In this document: piece by piece, positions 27,501 through 38,191 of the stretch
How positions within the stretch are numbered: the first letter of the stretch is position 1
Layout: every line of letters starts with the position of its first letter
Assembly: GCA_040954595.2 (NCBI GenBank)
Contig: CM082590.2
Location: 7,130,001-7,194,000 of the forward strand
Source of the DNA: Balanoglossus misakiensis
Lineage: Eukaryota > Animalia > Hemichordata
Reading direction: 5' to 3'
DNA: 64,000 bases
Notes under the pieces: generated by a model
Databases searched by the model: none
Told to the model about the DNA's origin: nothing
Seen by the model: the letters and a program-made list of their open reading frames with translations, nothing else
Position numbers and translations under genes: made by a program

Positions 27501-30500
27501 GTCCTCCCATACCAGCGCAAACCTCACTGCAGTCGCCACGACCTACTAGGATCTTCAGTTGCTGTCATGCCCAGTCTATGCTAAAGGGAAGGGGTCGTCG
27601 CGCCGCGTGGGTGTCCCCCTTGATGAGAATATGTCCTCCCATACCAGCACAAACCCCACTGCAGTCGCCACGACCTACTAGGATCTTCAGTTGCTGTCAT
27701 GCCCAGTCTATGCTAAAGGGAAGCGGTCGTCGCGCCGCGTGGGTGTCCCCCTTGATGAGAATATGTCCTCCCATACCAGCACAAACCCCACTGCAGTCGC
27801 CACGACCTACTAGGATCTTCAGTTGCTGTCATGCCCAGTCTATGCTAAAGGGAAGGGGTCGTCGCGCCGCGTGGGTGTCCCCCTTGATGAGAATATGTCC
27901 TCCCATACCAGCGCAAACCTCACTGCAGTCGCCACGACCTACTAGGATCTTCAGTTGCTGTCATGCCCAGTCTATGCTAAAGGGAAGCGGTCGTCGCGCC
28001 GCGTGGGTGTCCCCCTTGATGAGAATATGTCCTCCCATACCAGCACAAACCCCACTGCAGTCGCCACGACCTACTAGGATCTTCAGTTGCTGTCATGCCC
28101 AGTCTATGCTAAAGGGAAGGGGTCGTCGCGCCGCGTGGGTGTCCCCCTTGATGAGAATATGTCCTCCCATACCAGCACAAACCCCACTGCAGTCGCCACG
28201 ACCTTCTAGGATCTTCAGTTGCTGTCATACCCAGTCTACGCTACGGTTGGCTGCTTCGTTCATTCTAAGAATTATCTAATTTCAGAGATTTGTGGATGAA
28301 TTGTAATGTTTATCAACAAACAAACGCTGCGTGACGACCGCTTCCCTTTAAAGTGTAGGTCTTAGCGTTATACACATTTGGTTGTCTTTTTAAGGTTTGG
28401 TCTCCCAGATCTCCTGAACAAAAAATCCCTGCCATACATTCATTTGACACCACCATATCCATTGCTTTACTGTCGCGCTTACTATCATGATGTGCTGTAA
28501 ATTGATAGCCCTGTCGGTTCGTTATATTTTCACAGTACTTACTGAAAACAGGATGCATATGGACATTTTCTGACGTCACACAATGACAACTGAATTAGAC
28601 AGGTTTTAGTTGCATTTTTAGTCACAAAATCTCCAGTCGTCGATTGTGGCATGAGAAATACATCTATGTACACACAAACACATTCAGAAACATGATACAG
28701 TGAAAGAAGGCACTTAGGGTAATATATACTCATGCTCCTCCTCCAAACACCCATGTTCTTTGAAGTAAAGTATTGGCATACATATCGAATATTAAAAACC
28801 ACACCTGGCTATGTTTCGCGTTAATTGTGTGTTTTCATGCAGATTAGCATCAATGTATCGTATTACCCATAGTTCGTAAAACGGCAAAGTGGTGACTAAC
28901 TTCCGAGCTATGAGATGACGTCAGAAGTTAATGTACAACATGTATTGTATTCTTGGTAATGCAGATGAGGGTGCTACCCAACTTGCAAATCTTACTTTTC
29001 TGATTGGCCGCTTCTATATCTTTAGATGTAAAGTGTCTAATGCGCTGCTGAATATTCTTCAGTTTAAAGGGACAAAGTCTCTCTCTGTCGCTGCCCTTTT
29101 CCCATCAATTATGTTTGATACAACACACCGTTTATGTTAACGTACATGTGTAGATGTAGTGAATGAACATTCAACCACACACAACTTCCATCCCACTTGT
29201 AGGATATGAGAGTAAAAATCTTTTCGTAAAAGTAAAAGTTTTTTTCGAGTTTTTTCACTCTCGTGTCTACAAGCGGCCGGGATGGAAGTTGTGTGTGGTC
29301 GAATGTTGATTCACTATATATCCACATGTAGAATAACATAAATGGTGTCTTGTACGAAACATAATTAATGGTAAAAGGGCAGCGAGAGAGAGACTTTGTC
29401 CCTTTAAACAAAGGTTTGGTCTTTGTCGACTTTCTAGTTTTGTCCTGTATACTTGTTTTGTGTAATACAGGATTTTAGATGACGTCAGAAGCATTTTGCC
29501 TTTATTGGCAGAAGTACGTGTAGATAAACTTAAATTGTGTTTTTTAGTGTAGTAACAGCTGCAAATCTACAAGCAGTGTACCATCATGTCAATTAACTAC
29601 ATTTCTCGTTTTTTGCCCGAAGAAAATAACAAATGTTTTAAGTAGCAACATGTTACCTTGTTAGATGCAAACACATTTACATAGCAGCTAAATGTGTTTC
29701 ATATAGCCGCAAATGAGCTATAATGTACGTTAAAATGATCGACAAATATTGTTATAACATTTATCCATAAAACACAGTGTAATTTCACTGTCGAAATCTG
29801 TCTAAACAAATCAAATTGCTTTCACATTTAAAAAAATATTAAGCGACCTTTTCCGTTTTCTTGTATACAAAACGACGGATAATGAGGATTGTATCTGTGT
29901 AAACTCATCCTGGTACATTAAAGGGACAAAGTCTCTCTCTCGCTGATCTTTTTCCATTACTTATGTTTGATACAAGACACTGTTTAAGTTATTCTACATG
30001 TGGGTATATAGTGAATCAATGTTCGACCACACACAACTTCCATCTCGTTTGTAGGATATGAGAGTAAAAATCTTGCCAAAATGAATAAACGGTAAACACC
30101 GATTATTCATTTTGGTGAGTTTAGGTCTACAAGTGGGATGGAAGGTGTGCGTGGTCGAACGTTGATTCACTATAGATCCACATGTAGAATATAACAGAAA
30201 CAATGTCTTGTATCAAACATAACGAATGGAAAAAGGCCAACAAGAGAGAGACTTTGTACCTTTAATGGTCATATTCAAGAAAATATATTATTTAGTGAAT
30301 AAAACTAAATGCAAATTTTAATACTTCTGTTGACGATTCCAGGAGTTTGAAATTAATCAAAATAAACTGTGTTTGGGTTATTTATTTACTTATGTTCTTT
30401 AACTTTCATGTCACAGTGATGAAATTTAAATACCAAATGTTCAAAACTGTCAGATTGGCATAAATATTTCAAGGTATTATTGTGCGTCAGCCGAAATCGT

Positions 30501-31016
30501 AACGTCAAGACTCAATTTACAATCTGAGTTGGCTAGTATACAATATATTATTTATCTTTACAAATGTTATTTAGTTATACATTAATTTGAAAAGCCATTT
30601 TTCAGTATTTCTAAGCTTACAGATAACACCAAATCAGAACACTTGTTCAGACTAATTACATATAATTGCACAACATTAATGAAAACTTACAATGAAAAGT
30701 ATTTTCTCGGCAGAAAATAATAGAATTGCTCTGATTTTACATAATTGTGTTTTGTAATTAGGGTTAGCCTTACCTTGAATGTCCAGTAGAATTAAAAAAA
30801 TTAATATGATACATGGTAGGGACACCAAACAGCGGTCCATTAGTCAGCATTTCTACCTGCTTACTGTTCACACTTTTACATACTTGCATAAATTATTTCT
30901 CAGAAAACAATAGGCTCTGATTAGACATTGTAATTAGGGTTAGCCTTACCTCCTATTGAAAGGTCTAGTAGAATTAAAAATATGATACACGCCAGGAACA
31001 CCAAACGGCGGTCCAT
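365..31016 (-). CDS. Large secreted mosaic protein: signal peptide, basic propeptide, EGF, 3x C-type lectin, 4x EGF, >=4x Caspr/neurexin-IV-type fibrinogen-like domains (3' end outside the window)
   Basis: Hand-spliced exons, all GT-AG and phase-compatible: 30950-31016 (or 30774-30840), 19455-19688, 18832-19053, 18196-18369, 16292-16463, 15394-15623, 14671-14877, 13625-13813, 12962-13072, 12646-12762, 12107-12217, 11659-11784, 10781-10884, 10212-10393, 9584-9689, 9170-9383, 7792-7951, 6589-7058, 5942-6058, 5300-5395, 5058-5149, 4473-4626, 3701-3851, 2848-2963, 2029-2273, 988-1114, 365-625. Total 4555 nt, no internal stop. The link to the first exon across an ~11 kb intron is inferred from phase and signal-peptide character. 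Confidence 0.88.
686..892. mobile_element. MITE family A (TA-flanked, TIR CTGTAAAAC; Tc1/mariner-like), 7 copies
   Basis: TA|CTGTAAAACACTTTATTTT...AAAATAAAGTGTTTTACAG|TA. Other copies at 4066-4275, 9868-10008, 17898-18106, 19123-19319, 31952-32159, 35857-36063. Confidence 0.85.
1598..2022 (+). mobile_element. 5'-truncated LINE 3' end (L2/CR1-group-like) with (TTGA)n tail
   Basis: ORF 1599-1883 reads [30 protein letters not shown]...YTPSRSLR...[17 protein letters not shown], the typical post-RT C-terminus of L2/CR1-group ORF2. A short tandem-repeat tail follows. Confidence 0.85.
2848..5395 (-). CDS. Gene 1, fibrinogen-like repeat 3, 5 exons
   Basis: Exons 5300-5395, 5058-5149, 4473-4626, 3701-3851, 2848-2963: LPSC...YMIDPDG...PFLVYCEM...[10 protein letters not shown]...YWGA...CACAFTGDC...CNCDA...DSGFI...LPVT...LGKLKC. 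Confidence 0.9.
3347..3680. mobile_element. MITE family B (TA-flanked, TIR CAGTCRAACCTGT; pogo/Tc1-like) with duplicated right arm
   Basis: TA|CAGTCGAACCTGTG...ATAGACAGATTCAACTG|TA with the right half repeated three times. Other copies at ~5493-5661, 13947-14108, 20513-20730 (left arm duplicated), 46738-46860. Confidence 0.8.
4749..4975. repeat. (TATG)n microsatellite
   Basis: Direct reading. Similar tracts at 9737-9866, 10009-10115, 12277-12521, 19320-19367, 19769-19905, 47292-47519, 51960-52192, 55963-56110. Confidence 0.95.
5942..7951 (-). CDS. Gene 1, fibrinogen-like repeat 2 with Cys/Pro-rich insertion, 3 exons
   Basis: Exons 7792-7951, 6589-7058, 5942-6058: YENC...FIDTDG...NCDM...[10 protein letters not shown]...YWGGG...CACGMIGEC...CNCD...W...LPV...IGELKC. 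Confidence 0.9.
8158..8388. mobile_element. Small TTAA MITE nested inside a family C copy
   Basis: TTAA|AGCCCCAGTATTTCTCGT...ACGAGAAATACTGAGGCT|TTAA interrupts the family C consensus GAATAACATAAACAGTGTC. Confidence 0.75.
8799..9151. mobile_element. MITE family C (TTAA|AGGGACAAAGT, ~350 bp, largely palindromic; Kolobok-like ends), ~10 copies
   Basis: TTAA flanks with purine-starting TIR AGGGACAAAGTCTCTCTC. Copies at ~7300-7700, 7995-8454, 22503-22862, 29064-29407, 29918-30265, 34448-34665, 38192-38446, 41059-41466, 48720-49034. Confidence 0.85.
9170..10884 (-). CDS. Gene 1, fibrinogen-like repeat 1, 4 exons
   Basis: Exons 10781-10884, 10212-10393, 9584-9689, 9170-9383: PRNC...[18 protein letters not shown]...FCYQ.MRYGC...NWGG...CSCG...CNCN...DDG.I...LLPI...IGPVYC. 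Confidence 0.9.
11659..13072 (-). CDS. Gene 1, four EGF-like exons (two calcium-binding)
   Basis: Phase 1-1 exons 12962-13072, 12646-12762 ([38 protein letters not shown]), 12107-12217 and 11659-11784 ([41 protein letters not shown]). Six-Cys EGF pattern ending GDG. Confidence 0.92.
13251..13566. mobile_element. MITE family F (TIR AGCGTGTAGCTCGTC)
   Basis: TAAAGCGTGTAGCTCGTCTC...GAGACGAGCTACGCGCTTTAA. A second copy in opposite orientation at 55411-55714. Confidence 0.8.
13625..19053 (-). CDS. Gene 1, three C-type lectin domains (2 exons each)
   Basis: CTL1 18832-19053 + 18196-18369 (WVGLTD..EG.YVWSNG..YINW..KPD..ENCV). CTL2 16292-16463 + 15394-15623 (WIGL..WTDG..KCV..W.PVNC..FIC). CTL3 14671-14877 + 13625-13813 (WIGLSD..EPT..DCV..WNDEPC..YIC). 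Confidence 0.92.
15893..16276. mobile_element. MITE family D (TTAA|AGGGAAGGGGTCGTCGCG) with two copies of its left arm
   Basis: TIR-like ends ...GCGACGCGACGACCCCTTC. The left ~135-bp segment is present twice. Homologous to 27449-28351 and 33743-34081. Confidence 0.8.
19455..19688 (-). CDS. Gene 1, exon with basic propeptide and first EGF-like domain
   Basis: Phase 1-1 exon: [20 protein letters not shown]...[27 protein letters not shown]...GCQP. Acceptor tctcaatgcag, donor gtaagt. Confidence 0.85.
20988..21574. repeat. Compound (TATG)n/(TG)n microsatellite, ~590 bp
   Basis: Blocks of TATG interrupted five times by (TG)~10-14. Confidence 0.95.
22013..22104. mobile_element. Tiny piggyBac-like MITE
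   Basis: TTAA|CCCTTTCACC...GATGAAAGGG|TTAA. Related pieces at ~17561-17652 and 40507-40660. Confidence 0.7.
24585..24855. mobile_element. MITE with ~30-bp TIR and 4-bp TSD ACAT (Sola2-like ends)
   Basis: ACAT|GGGCTGCCGCAAGGGAAAAGGGCCCTTATGCA...TGCATAAGGGCCCTTTTCCCTTGCGGCGGCCC|ACAT. Superfamily assignment is tentative. Confidence 0.75.
27449..28351 (+). repeat. Family D MITE with its left arm amplified into six 132-bp tandem units
   Basis: Units start at 27449, 27582, 27714, 27846, 27978 and 28110, followed by the single right half ending CGACCGCTTCCCTTTAA. This explains the repetitive 263-aa ORF. Confidence 0.92.
30774..30840 (-). CDS. Duplicated signal-peptide exon (downstream copy)
   Basis: ATG...[23 protein letters not shown], then the same gtaaggctaaccctaattac donor context. 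67 nt, phase 1. Confidence 0.55.
30950..31016 (-). CDS. Signal-peptide first coding exon (upstream copy) of gene 1
   Basis: ATG...[23 protein letters not shown], then gtaagg donor. 67 nt, phase 1, matching the next exon. Confidence 0.75.
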
Positions 31017-33243
31017 CTCGACCACAAGCGGAACTCTTCACAGCGTTCCACTATCTGCTGTCTGTCCTCAAACTGTCCAAGTGGTGAATAGGCTTGATTT
31101 CGAATACCAGCGTGTATAAAAGCGCCACAGTACTGAGACCTGTTACCGAGGTCCTATCACTGACCGAACAACTGGTTTTATTTCCGCGAAACGCGTACAA
31201 CTGAGGATAGACTCTGGGAGGAGGGTGGGAACTGTGTCCGTTAATGATAGACAGTCACGCACTGAAAGTAAACAAAGTGCGGTCCGCAGCGAATCGGAAT
31301 CCTCCCCCAGGCCCACCAAATTGGTAGAGTATTTGTGAATGTGATATAGAAACAAACGGCGATAGGCGGTTTGCGGCGATTACCCAATGAGGTGCGGCGC
31401 ACCTGTCGTTTGGATTACTGACTAATATCCTGAGTGGAGCATAACGTAGGTTCTGTACACAACGTATAAAACAATGAAATTAGCAAATTTGCCAACCAGT
31501 TCATTGTTAAATTCTGAGTAATTTTGTACCAAAACGAATTAACAATTGTAGAAACTATTCATGTTGAACGTATTTGACATTTTTTGTCAAAATTACAAAA
31601 TGTCTTCATGCAACACGACATTTGGAATCGATCGTGAACTGTCAGTAAGCGCACTACATATTGCCGAGGGATTTAAATTCTGCTTACTTCATCAAAAATG
31701 ATGACCAAAATCGACTGTTGACATCACATATTGCTTTTTATAGGCAGTTAGAAAAAACGGAAAACGACTTTTCTGTCAACACTCCCAACTGGAAAACGTT
31801 TCTTTCCTTACGCTGTCAAGCCTATTCACCAGGTGCTTGTTTGTTACTTTGTTTGTGTGCTTGTTTGTTTGATAGGCTGTTTCTTCTAATTATTTCAATT
31901 TTTTTCTAAATATGAGAGTTGTTTAGATTTATCAGTTTAATACTATAGCTACTGCAAAACACTTTATTTTTGCGAGTTGAAATGTTTGCGATATCAAGAG
32001 AGGCCACTGTTTCGCGAGTATTAATTTTCGCGTTTTCTTATTTCATTCACTGCATCATTATCTTAAAAATAAATAGACGTGACTTTTTATTTTCACGCTA
32101 TTTTGGCTCTCGCGTATTTGGCGAAAATTTATTGCTCACGAAAATAAAGTGTTTTACAGTATATTTACAATATCACTATGACATCTACAATGACCCCGTT
32201 TCTTTGCGAAGAATATTCATATTCTATTTGCCTGTGATTTTTTTTGTTTAATAGGCTATATGTCTGTTATCTGACTATACCTGTGTCCTTTAAATATTTG
32301 CGAGTTGTTGAGATTTATAGGTTTAATACTAGCTATATAAATTTAAACTGACCCTCTGTCGTTAGTAGTGAACCCTTTTGTAAATATATCATACATCATA
32401 CATGTTATTTTACATATAAGAGTTCGCAATGCCTTGGTAAGGACACAGATTAGTTAAATAATTAATCTTATCCCTGGCGTCAGGTTGTAAATACATTTCT
32501 AGAGATTTCATTCGTCGATTTGTTGTCACATGGGTGTCATGTGACTAATTTATAGAGATTTCATTGGTCGGTTTGTCGTCACATGGGTGTCATGTGACTG
32601 AATTTACAGCCGGTTGGCACACAAATGATGACAGCAGTTAATCGTGGCTAGTTCACTGTGACCTCGGCCAGAAAAGACTGTCAGGAAAAAATTCTCCGGT
32701 ATATATACACGGCAACATCATCTACAGTTAAATCAGCGTTTAACAGACAAACGACAAAACAACTACTCAAACGAGTTTAATCATACATTTTACAAATGCA
32801 ACTGCATGAACGACAGTTACGAATATCAACGTCTAGTATATGTTATCTGCTTATTCAATATATAACATGGCTCAATAAATAATTTATATAACTTGTATAC
32901 TATCAGGCCGATCACCAGAAGGGAACATTTGATTCTGTTCTGCATTGCCAAAGAAATTCAGCGTCCATCTTCATCACTCTAATGTTAAAAGTATTCAGTT
33001 CAAACTAACGCGAATACCACATGAATACTACAAATCAATAGCTGGGTGTTATCCTAATTATTACACAACCGTAGTCATCGACTCACTTCTTGAGTATGCA
33101 TGAATTCATGCATGCCAAATCAAAGGGAGCCTTCAGTATTTACAGGGGGTGGGCTGGGGTGATTAAGCGTACACCTGGACTCTAAAATGTGACCCTCCAA
33201 CGTGATGTATGTATGTATGTATGAACGTACGTATGTATGTATG

Positions 33244-33275
<32 letters not shown>

Positions 33276-33742
33276 GAGAGATGTTATTGAAGAAATATGT
33301 ATGGAGATGTACATGTTAAATATCATCTAACAGAACTAAAGCAAACTGAAGCCATAAGACAATGTTCGGGTGGATAGTTAACACCCCTAAAGAGATCATC
33401 TCTCACAGGTATATTAAACGTAAACACACACCGACATAAAAGACAGAAATAAGTTTGTTTGCTTCTTTCAATCAGAAAATAATTCAGTCTTAATCGCATT
33501 CAATATGTCTGCTCGTATTACAGAGTTCAGAAGGAGGGAAAGCGTGTTACAGCGTCGATTTCCCCGGCACCAGCTGGTCCGCCTCTTTCATTACAAGATT
33601 AAACGAGAAAACAAATATATGCACATGCACACCTTTGAGGGCAAATCTTCAGTTGGCCAGATTTCAACATTCTGCCTATCGTTCCGTATTGCTTACAGTG
33701 AATTTGGATAACATGTCAGTTCTTAGGTGATTGACATGGGTA

Positions 33743-34081
33743 GAGGGGTCGTCGCGCCGCGTTTATTCGTTGATAAACATTAGAATTCAAACCTTAAAAA
33801 GACAAGCAAATGTGTATAACGCATTAAAGGCCTACACTTTAAAGGGAAGCGATTGTTATGCCGTGTTTGTTTGTTGATACACATTAGAATTCATCCACAA
33901 ATCCCTGGAATTAGATAATTCTTAGAATGAACGAAGCAGCCAACTGTAGCGTAGACTGGGCATGACAGCAACTGAAGATCCTTGTAGGTTGTGGCGACTG
34001 CAGTGGTGTTTGCACTGGTATGGGAGGACATATTCTCATCAAGGGGGACACCAACACAGCGCGACGACCCCTTCCCTTTAA
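33743..34081 (-). mobile_element. Family D MITE, inverted copy
   Basis: Reverse complement of the 28110-28400 sequence, including its flank. Confidence 0.8.
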
Positions 34082-36524
34082 CGACATCGATGAAGTCTTC
34101 TAACCTGACAAATCTCCCTCAACAGTAAAAAATATATCACTACACGTCACCATCATAAGGATATAGGTACACTGGTAATACCGTATTTACATGTACCCAG
34201 ACCCTGACATTTTATCCCAATAAAATATTACGTCCTGTAATTAAAATCGTATCACACTAGTATTAAAGTAATTACAGCATTGCAAAAACAGGTACGGCTA
34301 ATCCTCAATGAAATACATCATATTTTTTTTTTTTCAAATATTTCACATGATGCAATCACTATAACTCTTAAGATTATGATAAATGGACACATACAAAACT
34401 TTGGCAGTTGATCTCCAGCTGTAAAAATACAAGGAATAAACGCACTTTTAAAGGGACAAAGTCTCTCTCTCTCGCAGCCCTTTTTCCATTAATTGTGTTT
34501 GATACAAGACATCGTTTATGTTATTCTACATGGGATATAGTGAATCAACGTTTGACCACACAACTTCCTTCCCACTTGTAGACACAAGAGTGAAAAAAAA
34601 TCACCAAAATGAATAATCGGTCTCTACCATTTATTCATTTTGGGCGAGTTTTTAGTCTCATATCATAATTTTGTGCATTTGCATGTGTTTTAAGATATCA
34701 CAACATGACAAGTTATCTAAGACACGGTATGTCAAGACCTATAAAGCTCATCTCTCACACAGTATATGAAGTGAACTTTATCTATGCCAGTGACATGATT
34801 TTGGGCCAATACCACAAATACCGGTATATATATGCCGTAGGTGCAACCCAGCGATTTACAATCGAGACTCAGCCTAATTCAGTAAGTCTACAATATAAAA
34901 CTTTAATATAATCAAGAGTGGACTTTATCCGTTAATTTAAGAGCAGGTATTTTAACTAAACGAGCTACTTTAGAGAAAAAAAATAAAGATGACCAACAAA
35001 TTGATTATTTGAGCTGACATGGGCACAGCCATGGATGTGCATATGTAGACTGGGCATGACAGCAGTATGCATCGCCAAGAGATGACAAACTGATGCAAAT
35101 GCAAGTAATACGGCTTAATGGTGAAGATTTTAGAGGATAGGGAATATATTTGATGTATTTTACTGTGGAATAACATATGTGAAATTTGGCAGCTATAGGG
35201 GCTTTAATGTGTTGCAGCTGACGTGTTTGCAAACAGTGATACTTACGAAGACCAGGGAAGCAATAACGAACATTTTTATATTATTTAGAAAAAATATCAA
35301 CTAAATATATTGCGATTTGGGGCTAATATATAATTATTTACTTAGTATTCACAGGAATCACATTACATTTATACTTGTCAACACTTTATCTGTCTGCTGT
35401 GTGTCACATACGTACAAATTTATGTACACGACACTGTCAATCACGTGATCCTGCCAAACTCATAAAACTTCGAAAAAACCTCACAATTATCATAGTATTC
35501 TAAGTCAATGCAGTTCTTAGGTGAATTAACTTTAAGCTTTTACATTCATATTTTGCAAAAAATCATCATTTTATGTCATTTAGTGTGTTGATGGATTTGA
35601 AGTATAGGAGATACAATGAAAGCGGTCGCCATTTTATGACGGGGTTAACAGAAGTCTTATGATCATGTGTACGCAGTTTGATATAATTTTCATACAGCTG
35701 GTCAGATGTATATTGACTCAAATTTATAAGAGCCTTTGACATTTACGTCAATTAAGCTGTTGGACAAACAGTGATATATCTGTAATGGTTAAGTTACATA
35801 GAAAGTTATATTAGCCAAATCTGCGCAAACCTTAGGTGTCACTTTTAGATTATATACTGTAAAACACTTTATTTTCGCGAGTTGAAATTTTCGCGATATC
35901 GAGAGAGGCCACTGTTTTGCAAGTATTAATTTTCACGTTCTCTTATTTCATTCGCTGCATCGTTATCGTTAAAAAAAATTACACGACTTTTTATTTTCAC
36001 GCTATTTTGGCTCTTGCGTATTTCGCGAAAATTTATTGCTCGCGAAAATAAAGTGTTTTACAGTATATCTACTAGTACTAGCATTACTTGGTGCTTGTAA
36101 AATTGAAACCTGCACCGACGTCACCAATGTATTAATTTTGATAATGTTTGAGGAACAGTATAAATGTGTCAGGGTTTTTGTTGCTTATTCAAGAGGCTGC
36201 AAACGACTCACACTATAATGTTTTATGCTGACTTAGTGGATTTGAGTGTAAGTTATTGTCTGTTTACATGTCTGAACTGCACATGATCAATTTTTTTTCT
36301 CCATTCACATACCATGACTGTTGTTCCAACTGCTCAGAGAGTCTAGAGAGAGAGAGACAGACAGACAGAGAGACACAGAGAGGCAGAGAGAGATACAGAG
36401 AGACAGACAGAGAGAGAGGAAAGAGAGAGAGAGAGAGAGACAGAGAAAAAGAGAGACCTTATTTTTTTGCCAACTAATGTATGCTATCTCAAAGTAGCTT
36501 GAAAATGTGATGAAATGTAAGGAC

Positions 36525-36790
36525 TCATTGTTTGCCATGATGTACAGTGTAATACAAAGTAACAACCTCATTGTTTGCAATGATATGCATTGTGGTAGTT
36601 ACAGTACAGTGTACATACAAAGTAACAACCACATTGTTTGCAATAGTGTACATTGTAGCAGTTACACCACAGTGTAATACAAAGTAACAAACAGATTGTT
36701 TGCAATGATGTACATTGTAGTAGTTACACTTTTTGCCTATTTTTACTTGGTATTGACTGCGTCGTGTGGGACTCATATTCGCAGCCAAAT
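36525..36790 (+). repeat. Dispersed repeat with internal ~60-bp tandem units
   Basis: Unit CAGTGTAATACAAAGTAACAACCACATTGTTTGCAATGATGTACATTGTAGCAGTTACAC. The same units and downstream flank occur at ~1230-1435, with an inverted piece near 12000-12070. Confidence 0.7.
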
Positions 36791-38191
36791 TTAAAACCGA
36801 TGGACTCAGTCTTCATTCAGACAATTTAATGTGGTCACATAACAAAGTAAGATGTATATTTAAGCCCAAAGTATTCATATCCTTACGTCTATCTTAGGTT
36901 TAAATCTAATTGCAATCTGTGACATAACTGTACCGAATAAAAACTTCTGGTAGCATTCGTCATAACTGACAACATGACATCATCACTGTACATATTTCAT
37001 TAGAATGTTTATGTAACATGGAAAATTCACACCTGTTACAATTTCTCATGAAGGGGATTTAAAACTTTATTATTCATAGATATTCATGTCAATTTACAGA
37101 AATTTTATCTATTATTTACCCATATGGCAGGTATACAAATTACGTAAATCTTCTAGCTACTGATATAAATTTAATAAAAGACACCTAGACAACTGCTATA
37201 ATCCATTCAATACTTTAAAATCCTTCTTAATGCTTTTAAAATGAATATTTTGGACTATTAAATACCGTCACATGGTGGAGAAACTGAAACTTTGATAATA
37301 AAATTTTGCCTAAAGCAGTTGTTATGTCTGGATCAGCGATAGTTCGACTACCGTGGTAAGTACGGTCTGCTGAGGTCATCGACAATATATTGCAGGACAA
37401 AATTCTTTACTATCAATCACGTGATCTGGCCATGTGACCCACGGCGTTGTCATTTCCAGATGATGGGCAAGCAATATTTCGGCATCCAGTAAAAGTTTGT
37501 CCGAGTATGTTTTTACTTTAGAACCGCCAGACATGTAACATGTATCAGGGATAATGCCTCATCAGCCTCATTGCATTTCGTCTGCATAGTCTTTGTCTGC
37601 ACCACGTTGTTGAAGTTGCCTGTCATCTGGAAACTTGAATGCCAACGTAACTGCCGCCTGAGCGCGTCTGACGTCATTTGATATCGAAGAATAGTGTTGC
37701 ATAAGGAAGTTTTACATCTTGTAAACTAAATACGGCTATGTATTGCTCTGTATTACAAGTACGCTTCAGATAATACAGTGGAACAGCCCTAGGGGGGGGG
37801 GCACATTTTATTTGATCGCAGAGTTCATTTTTGTCCAGCCCACCCCCTCCTATAATATATGAAAACTCCCTTACGACCTAATTTAGTGAACCAATATTTT
37901 CCACGAATTGCAAATAATTAGTAGGAGCTTTGAAACATACCATTTAATTCCGCGGATATATAAACAACATGTGTTTTTACAGCGCGTGTTTTTGTCGGTA
38001 AATCTCATTAAACTGCACGTGCCACAGATAAGTATTCGCAATGTTCTTCCTAAGCTTATAATACGCGCCTGTACTTTTCCCAAAGTTGACTACACGCATG
38101 AAGCTAGACCTGCTCTGTTGGAATATTTGCCACTTTGCGAAGCGCGATGCCCGTCTTGTCACTTTTTGTCGTACGCTTCATGTTTAATTCT

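Noticed and set aside
27488-28279. 263-aa ORF with a 44-aa repeat
   Set aside because: By-product of the 132-bp tandemly amplified MITE arm; the same sequence occurs elsewhere as a non-coding MITE.
27449-28351. CRISPR-like appearance of regular repeats (also the 87-bp array)
   Set aside because: Units are contiguous with no unique spacers, there are no cas genes, and the context is eukaryotic.
28931-29063. ILGNADE...[15 protein letters not shown], reminiscent of an L1/Tx1 ORF2 C-terminus
   Set aside because: Too short and degraded to support without a profile search.
30754-30945. TTAGGGTTAG telomere-like motif occurring twice
   Set aside because: Only about 1.5 units; it is the duplicated intron start next to the two signal-peptide exons.
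31113-31123. TATAAAAG near the gene 1 start
   Set aside because: It is on the plus strand, opposite to the gene, so it cannot be called the TATA box without TSS data.
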